Shown here one piece after another: positions 59,548 through 64,000 of a DNA stretch of 64,000 bases. The stretch covers positions 805,038 through 869,037 of the forward strand of contig JAHQJS010000006.1 of NCBI GenBank assembly GCA_019057385.1. Reading direction: 5' to 3'. Source of the stretch: Candidatus Borrarchaeum weybense (lineage in GTDB: Archaea > Asgardarchaeota > Sifarchaeia > Borrarchaeales > Borrarchaeaceae). The stretch's first letter is position 1; each line of letters starts with the position of its first letter. The notes under the pieces were generated by a model that saw only the letters and a list, made by a program, of their open reading frames with translations, had not been told where the DNA came from and searched no databases. Both the position numbers and the translations under genes were made by a program.

Positions 59548-59828
59548 TATTTCCCCTCTAAGAGACTATTAGTGCACCTTTAGTTGTTTGAGTTCTCAAG
59601 TGTTTCAACTTTTTTACTATTTTCCTAAATAAATGTTCTTGATTTTAAACATATAATTTTGGATTTCTTCAGCATCATCTTACAAAGATATTCTGTTTAT
59701 ACTTCGCGGATGCCTGTAAATTGTCTTAAAGATTACCACAGTCCATAAATATGACATTTTGAATTTTTTTTCTCTGAACAACTATAGTGTAGTAGCATTT
59801 CATTTCTTATAAAAACTTAATGCATTAT

Positions 59829-60722
59829 TCATATAGACCCTATCAAGAATCCTACAAGTCCAAAAAGTGCTCCAATTTTGGCAAAAAGACTTGATTTATG
59901 TTGTTTTTCTTTAGATGTGAAATCTAAAAGAAGTATTATTATTGAAAGTGATACCGCACTATCACCTAAGATTAGGAAAGGAATAAACCAGATATTTACA
60001 AAAGATAAAACCCAAATTAGTGAGAAAAATATAATAGCGAATACCCCACAAATTGCCGCTGATAAAGCAGCGATCTTATAACCATAAACCATGGCTATAG
60101 TCTCTACTTGACGGATTTTATCTCCTTCAACATCTTCCATACCTTTTATGATCTCTCTGCTTTGTAACATAAAAAAGGATGATAAAAAGAAAATAATTAT
60201 AACTAGAGAACTTGCAAGTTGATTCAAGGCGCCTGTAATGACTCCTCCATAGATATAACCAAATGAAAAGGAAATTGCGACCATAAAATTTCCAAAAACT
60301 CCCATTATTTTCCCTTTCGCAGCATATACGAAACCAATAACTGAAAAGAAAACTGCGATAATTGGACACCAAAATCCAGCAGGACTAATCGGAACTGTTA
60401 AGAAAGAGAGAATTATGCCAATAGCCCATAATACAATGGAATAGATTTTTGCTTGTCTGAGAGACACAACACCGCTGGGAATCGGGCGATCGGGTCTATT
60501 AATTTTATCGATCTCGATATCATATATATCATTCACGACGTTTCCTGCAGCGGCAATAAACATATATGTAAGATAAGAGAGAATTAAAACAACAAAAAAC
60601 GTTAACTGAGAGTATAACGGGATATAAAATTGTCTTGTAATCATAACGCCAATGATTGAAGTGAGGCCGCCCATTAAACAGTTGATTGGACGTGTAATTT
60701 TGACAAATGCTGTAATAGCCAA
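59829..60722 (-). CDS. Digeranylgeranylglyceryl-phosphate synthase (UbiA family)
   Basis: TRPINC, NDIYDIEIDKINRPDRPIPSG, REIIKGMEDVEGD. Confidence 0.85.
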   Translation of the reverse strand: MAITAFVKITRPINCLMGGLTSIIGVMITRQFYIPLYSQLTFFVVLILSYLTYMFIAAAGNVVNDIYDIEIDKINRPDRPIPSGVVSLRQAKIYSIVLWAIGIILSFLTVPISPAGFWCPIIAVFFSVIGFVYAAKGKIMGVFGNFMVAISFSFGYIYGGVITGALNQLASSLVIIIFFLSSFFMLQSREIIKGMEDVEGDKIRQVETIAMVYGYKIAALSAAICGVFAIIFFSLIWVLSFVNIWFIPFLILGDSAVSLSIIILLLDFTSKEKQHKSSLFAKIGALFGLVGFLIGSI

Positions 60723-60768
60723 TATTTTATCTCCACAGGAGTGTTTCTATTGAATATTTTAATTCAAT

Positions 60769-61479
60769 TTAGGCAATTATTTCTTCGCTTTCAATTATTC
60801 CATCTCTAAAGCGAATAAGCCTATTGCCTTTTTTACCTATTGACTGGTCATGAGTTACAATAAGAAATGTTGTGCCTTGTTCTTTATTGATTTGTTCCAT
60901 CAATTCAACAATTTCAGCGCCAGTCTTTGTGTCGATATCTCCTGTCGGCTCGTCTGCCAAGATCAAAGAAGGATCATTTGCAAGCGCACGAGCAATAGAA
61001 ACACGTTGTTGCTCGCCGCCACTAAGTTCATCAGGCCTGTGATGTAATCTATCTCCTAGTCCAACTGTCTCTAGAAGTTCTTTTGCACGTTCTTGTCGTT
61101 CTTGCTTCGATTTTTTAGCAATTAGCATTGGAAGTTCAACATTTTCAAACGCTGTTAACACCGGGATAAGATTATAAAATTGGAAAATGAAGCCAAGTTT
61201 GTATCTGCGAAGATCTGTAACCTTTTTATCGCTTAATTCTGTGACGTTCACTCCGTCAATGTAAACTTCACCTTCAGTTGGTGCATCCAATGCACCAATC
61301 ATATTGAGAAACGTCGACTTTCCGCATCCTGAAGGTCCCATGATGATCACAAATTCACCTTTATAGAGTTTGAAATCAATTCCTTTTAAGGCCTGAACTA
61401 CTGTTCTACCCATGACGTAGTCTTTCCTTAGATTAACAGTTTCAACAACTATCCCGTTTTGCATTAATAGCCCGTCCAT
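60769..61479 (-). CDS. ABC transporter ATP-binding protein (LolD/MacB-like)
   Basis: GPSGCGKST, FQFYNL, LSGGEQQRV, LADEPTG, VTHD. Confidence 0.92.
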   Translation of the reverse strand: MDGLLMQNGIVVETVNLRKDYVMGRTVVQALKGIDFKLYKGEFVIIMGPSGCGKSTFLNMIGALDAPTEGEVYIDGVNVTELSDKKVTDLRRYKLGFIFQFYNLIPVLTAFENVELPMLIAKKSKQERQERAKELLETVGLGDRLHHRPDELSGGEQQRVSIARALANDPSLILADEPTGDIDTKTGAEIVELMEQINKEQGTTFLIVTHDQSIGKKGNRLIRFRDGIIESEEIIA

Positions 61480-61565
61480 ACCAATGTCGCTTTTTAGAAT
61501 TAAAAAACTAACTTGCAGTGTTATACAAACTGTTTGATATAAAAACTTAAGTGTCTGTGAACTGA

Positions 61566-62534
61566 TTAATTTGTTTTTGTAAGTTTGAGTTTCTTTACTA
61601 ATTCCTTATACCGTGTGCGAAGTGTTACTTCTGTGATTTGAGCGGCTTCACAAACCTCGCTTTGTGTGCGTCGTTCATCTAACTCAATAGCAGCTATATA
61701 GACTACAGCTGCAGCAATACCTATCGGCAATTTTCCTCGCGTTATATGTAATTCTTTAGCTTGCTCTAGAATCTCAAGAGATCTTACTTGTACTTCGCCA
61801 CTTAATTCCAAATCTGTTGCAAGTCGTGGAATATATTCATCTGGTTCTATAAGAGGAATATGTAGTTGTGGAAGTTTATTGAGAAGAATTCTATAAACTC
61901 GTGCTACTTCTTTTTTTGAAATACGTTTACTCATTTCAGCAATTTCTTCCAAAGTTCTGGTCGATTTTTGAAGGCGAGCCGCCGCATACAGTGCTGCAGC
62001 GACAACAGCATTTATTGATCTTCCTTTCGTGATACCTTCGCTGAAGGCATCCTTGTATATTTTTTTAGCACTCTCCAAAATACCTGAAGGCATATCTAAT
62101 TGTGAACTAATCCGTTTCAATTCCGCCATTGCGCGTGCCAAATTTCGTCTACCCGGTTCCCCCATTTCAGCTCTAACTTGGGTTCTTCTTAGACGATCTA
62201 TTCGGGCTCTTCCCTCTGGAGAAAATCCTTTTCCGAATATATCCTTTTGATCTCTTCCTATTTTCGTTGATAAATATCTGTCTGGGGCTGTTAGAGAACT
62301 AGGTGGTCCAATTCGACTTTTCTTATCATGGTCTTCAGGAGAGAAAGCACGCCATTCAGGTCTGCTATCGATGAGAGAATCCGAAATAACAAGTCCACAA
62401 TTACCACATTTTATTTCGCCCCGCTCTTCATCACTCAAAATATGAGTTGATCCACATTCAGGGCATTTAAGAGGAAAGGCGTCTACTTTTTTCGTATCTT
62501 TTTCGTTTTCGGTCAAAAATTCCCCACTCATCAC
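61566..62534 (-). CDS. tfb: Transcription initiation factor IIB
   Basis: Zn ribbon CPEC..CGNCG, PEWRAF B-reader, two cyclin repeats, TEVTLRTRYKEL. Confidence 0.95.
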   Translation of the reverse strand: MMSGEFLTENEKDTKKVDAFPLKCPECGSTHILSDEERGEIKCGNCGLVISDSLIDSRPEWRAFSPEDHDKKSRIGPPSSLTAPDRYLSTKIGRDQKDIFGKGFSPEGRARIDRLRRTQVRAEMGEPGRRNLARAMAELKRISSQLDMPSGILESAKKIYKDAFSEGITKGRSINAVVAAALYAAARLQKSTRTLEEIAEMSKRISKKEVARVYRILLNKLPQLHIPLIEPDEYIPRLATDLELSGEVQVRSLEILEQAKELHITRGKLPIGIAAAVVYIAAIELDERRTQSEVCEAAQITEVTLRTRYKELVKKLKLTKTN

Positions 62535-62768
62535 AAAATTTTGTCTATTTTGAAAATTCTAATTATTTGAGTGGCTCATTCATTTCAACTCCCCTCTATT
62601 TATAGTTTTTAGAAGCGGAAATCAAGTTTTCATGCAATTTTTGGTTCTTAACGAATTAAAAAATAAACAAAAAAATATATTGCGAGGTTAATGAAAGAAA
62701 TGAAGTCCTACCTACCTAAAAGAAGAGTTTTTTCAAGCAGTAATGATAAAACAAAAGATTAATGTAGT

Positions 62769-63815
62769 GTGTTTAACGAAGTAAAACCTGATAAAGTTAA
62801 GATTAATGGAGGTTTAGGTATGAGCTACTTTGAAGTCACCCCAGACATTGTACGTGTAGTAGGCGATGAGTCTATAGAAGACGAAATTAACGCCTGTTAC
62901 ATCATATTCGATAGTGAAATCGCAATAATAGACTCTGGAACACCCCAAACTCCCAAAAACGATATTTTGAACTGTATTGGGGACTATGGAAGAAACGCAG
63001 AGGATGTCGCTTACATTTTAACAACACACGAACACTACGATCATTTTGGTGCTCATGCGTGGTTGAAAAAGAAAACTAACGCTAAGATAGTTGCTCATCA
63101 AAAAGCAGAAGCGACACTTTCAAATCCCAAAAAATTAAGTACAGATCATTATATGCTCGGAAAGAGCGATAAATTTATGCTTTCCTTCTATGGCTCACCC
63201 ACTGATCGTTTACATGCTTGTAATGTTGATCAAACCGTCGAGGATGGCGATACAATATCTTTTGGAAATATTGATTTAGAAGTTATCTACACAGGTGGAC
63301 ATTGTGCGGGACATGTCTTCTACTATGAGCCACGAAGTAAAGCGATTTTTATTGGCGATGAAGCATTGATGTATCCTGGAGATAGTTATAAGTATTATAT
63401 CGATTTCACGGGTGATGCGTCAAGGCGATTCAAAGCATTAAAAGGGTTACTTAACATGAATTGGAAATTGTTATGCCCAATTCACGATGAGGCGTATATG
63501 AAAACCGATGGGATGGAAATGTTGAGAATGGCAATTGACGGGCACAAGCAATGGAATCAAACTATTATCGATGTATTAAATGAATATGGAAAAGAGATGT
63601 CAACAGGTAAACTAGCCAGAGAAGCGGAGGAAAGAATGGGCATCTCATGGGGACCTCAAATGAGCCGATTAATCGACCATTCCACAGTATATATGCATCT
63701 CTTAGCGCTGAAAAAGGCTGGTAAGGTTGACGGAAGAGGCGAATACGATAAAGCAAGATGGAAATTATCAGCAGAAGCACTTTTGGAAGAATTTGACTCA
63801 GAATTAGCATTCTAA
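62769..63815 (+). CDS. Metallo-beta-lactamase-fold hydrolase with C-terminal winged helix
   Basis: IDSG, THEHYDH, GGH, GD, PIH motifs. Confidence 0.85.
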   Translation: MFNEVKPDKVKINGGLGMSYFEVTPDIVRVVGDESIEDEINACYIIFDSEIAIIDSGTPQTPKNDILNCIGDYGRNAEDVAYILTTHEHYDHFGAHAWLKKKTNAKIVAHQKAEATLSNPKKLSTDHYMLGKSDKFMLSFYGSPTDRLHACNVDQTVEDGDTISFGNIDLEVIYTGGHCAGHVFYYEPRSKAIFIGDEALMYPGDSYKYYIDFTGDASRRFKALKGLLNMNWKLLCPIHDEAYMKTDGMEMLRMAIDGHKQWNQTIIDVLNEYGKEMSTGKLAREAEERMGISWGPQMSRLIDHSTVYMHLLALKKAGKVDGRGEYDKARWKLSAEALLEEFDSELAF

Positions 63816-64000
63816 ACAATTCACAAAAATTGACACACTTTTTTTTAATAGAAAATACAGATTTTCTTCCCATTGCTACAGATTTTCTTTCAATTGTGAT
63901 GATGAATTAAGATTAATTTAGAAACAAACTTTGAAAAGCTTTAAAAACCAATGATCAACCAATTCCGCTTACCATATATTATTAGGTGAATAAAATTCAG

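Overview
This 64-kb window of AT-rich archaeal DNA is most consistent with an Asgard archaeon: it has TFB, archaeal SAM synthetase, DGGGP synthase, a Rab-like small GTPase, a longin-domain protein and an IPGY/Loki-CTERM-type sorting signal. Housekeeping content includes TrpB2, a LipS2-Lpl(AB)-LipT-like lipoate cluster, a nurA-herA-mre11-rad50 DNA-break-repair operon, duplicated USP + ArsB/NhaD modules, porCDAB interrupted by an RHH regulator-amtB-glnK cassette, GT-C glycosyltransferases, an archaeosortase and MFS/ABC transporters. The most striking structure is a set of four IS200/IS605-derived (OMEGA) elements, none with tnpA. (1) An intact omegaRNA+IscB element sits exactly at the reconstructed ATGA stop/start overlap of mre11 and rad50. 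(2) An omegaRNA+IsrB element with an in-frame nonsense codon is inserted in a relic, diverged second copy of the rad50 3' end; its guide matches 21 nt of the live rad50, which lacks the TAM. (3, 4) Two protein-less TnpB-derived mini-elements keep a TATA box and an omegaRNA-like right end. Other candidates are a 9-aa micropeptide with a strong RBS opposite a tandem Lrp/AsnC regulator, an array of TTTAC-N4-GTAAA palindromes in a convergent intergenic gap, a stand-alone RNase III domain and several near-cognate start codons. All calls come from motif reading by eye; no database searches were run.
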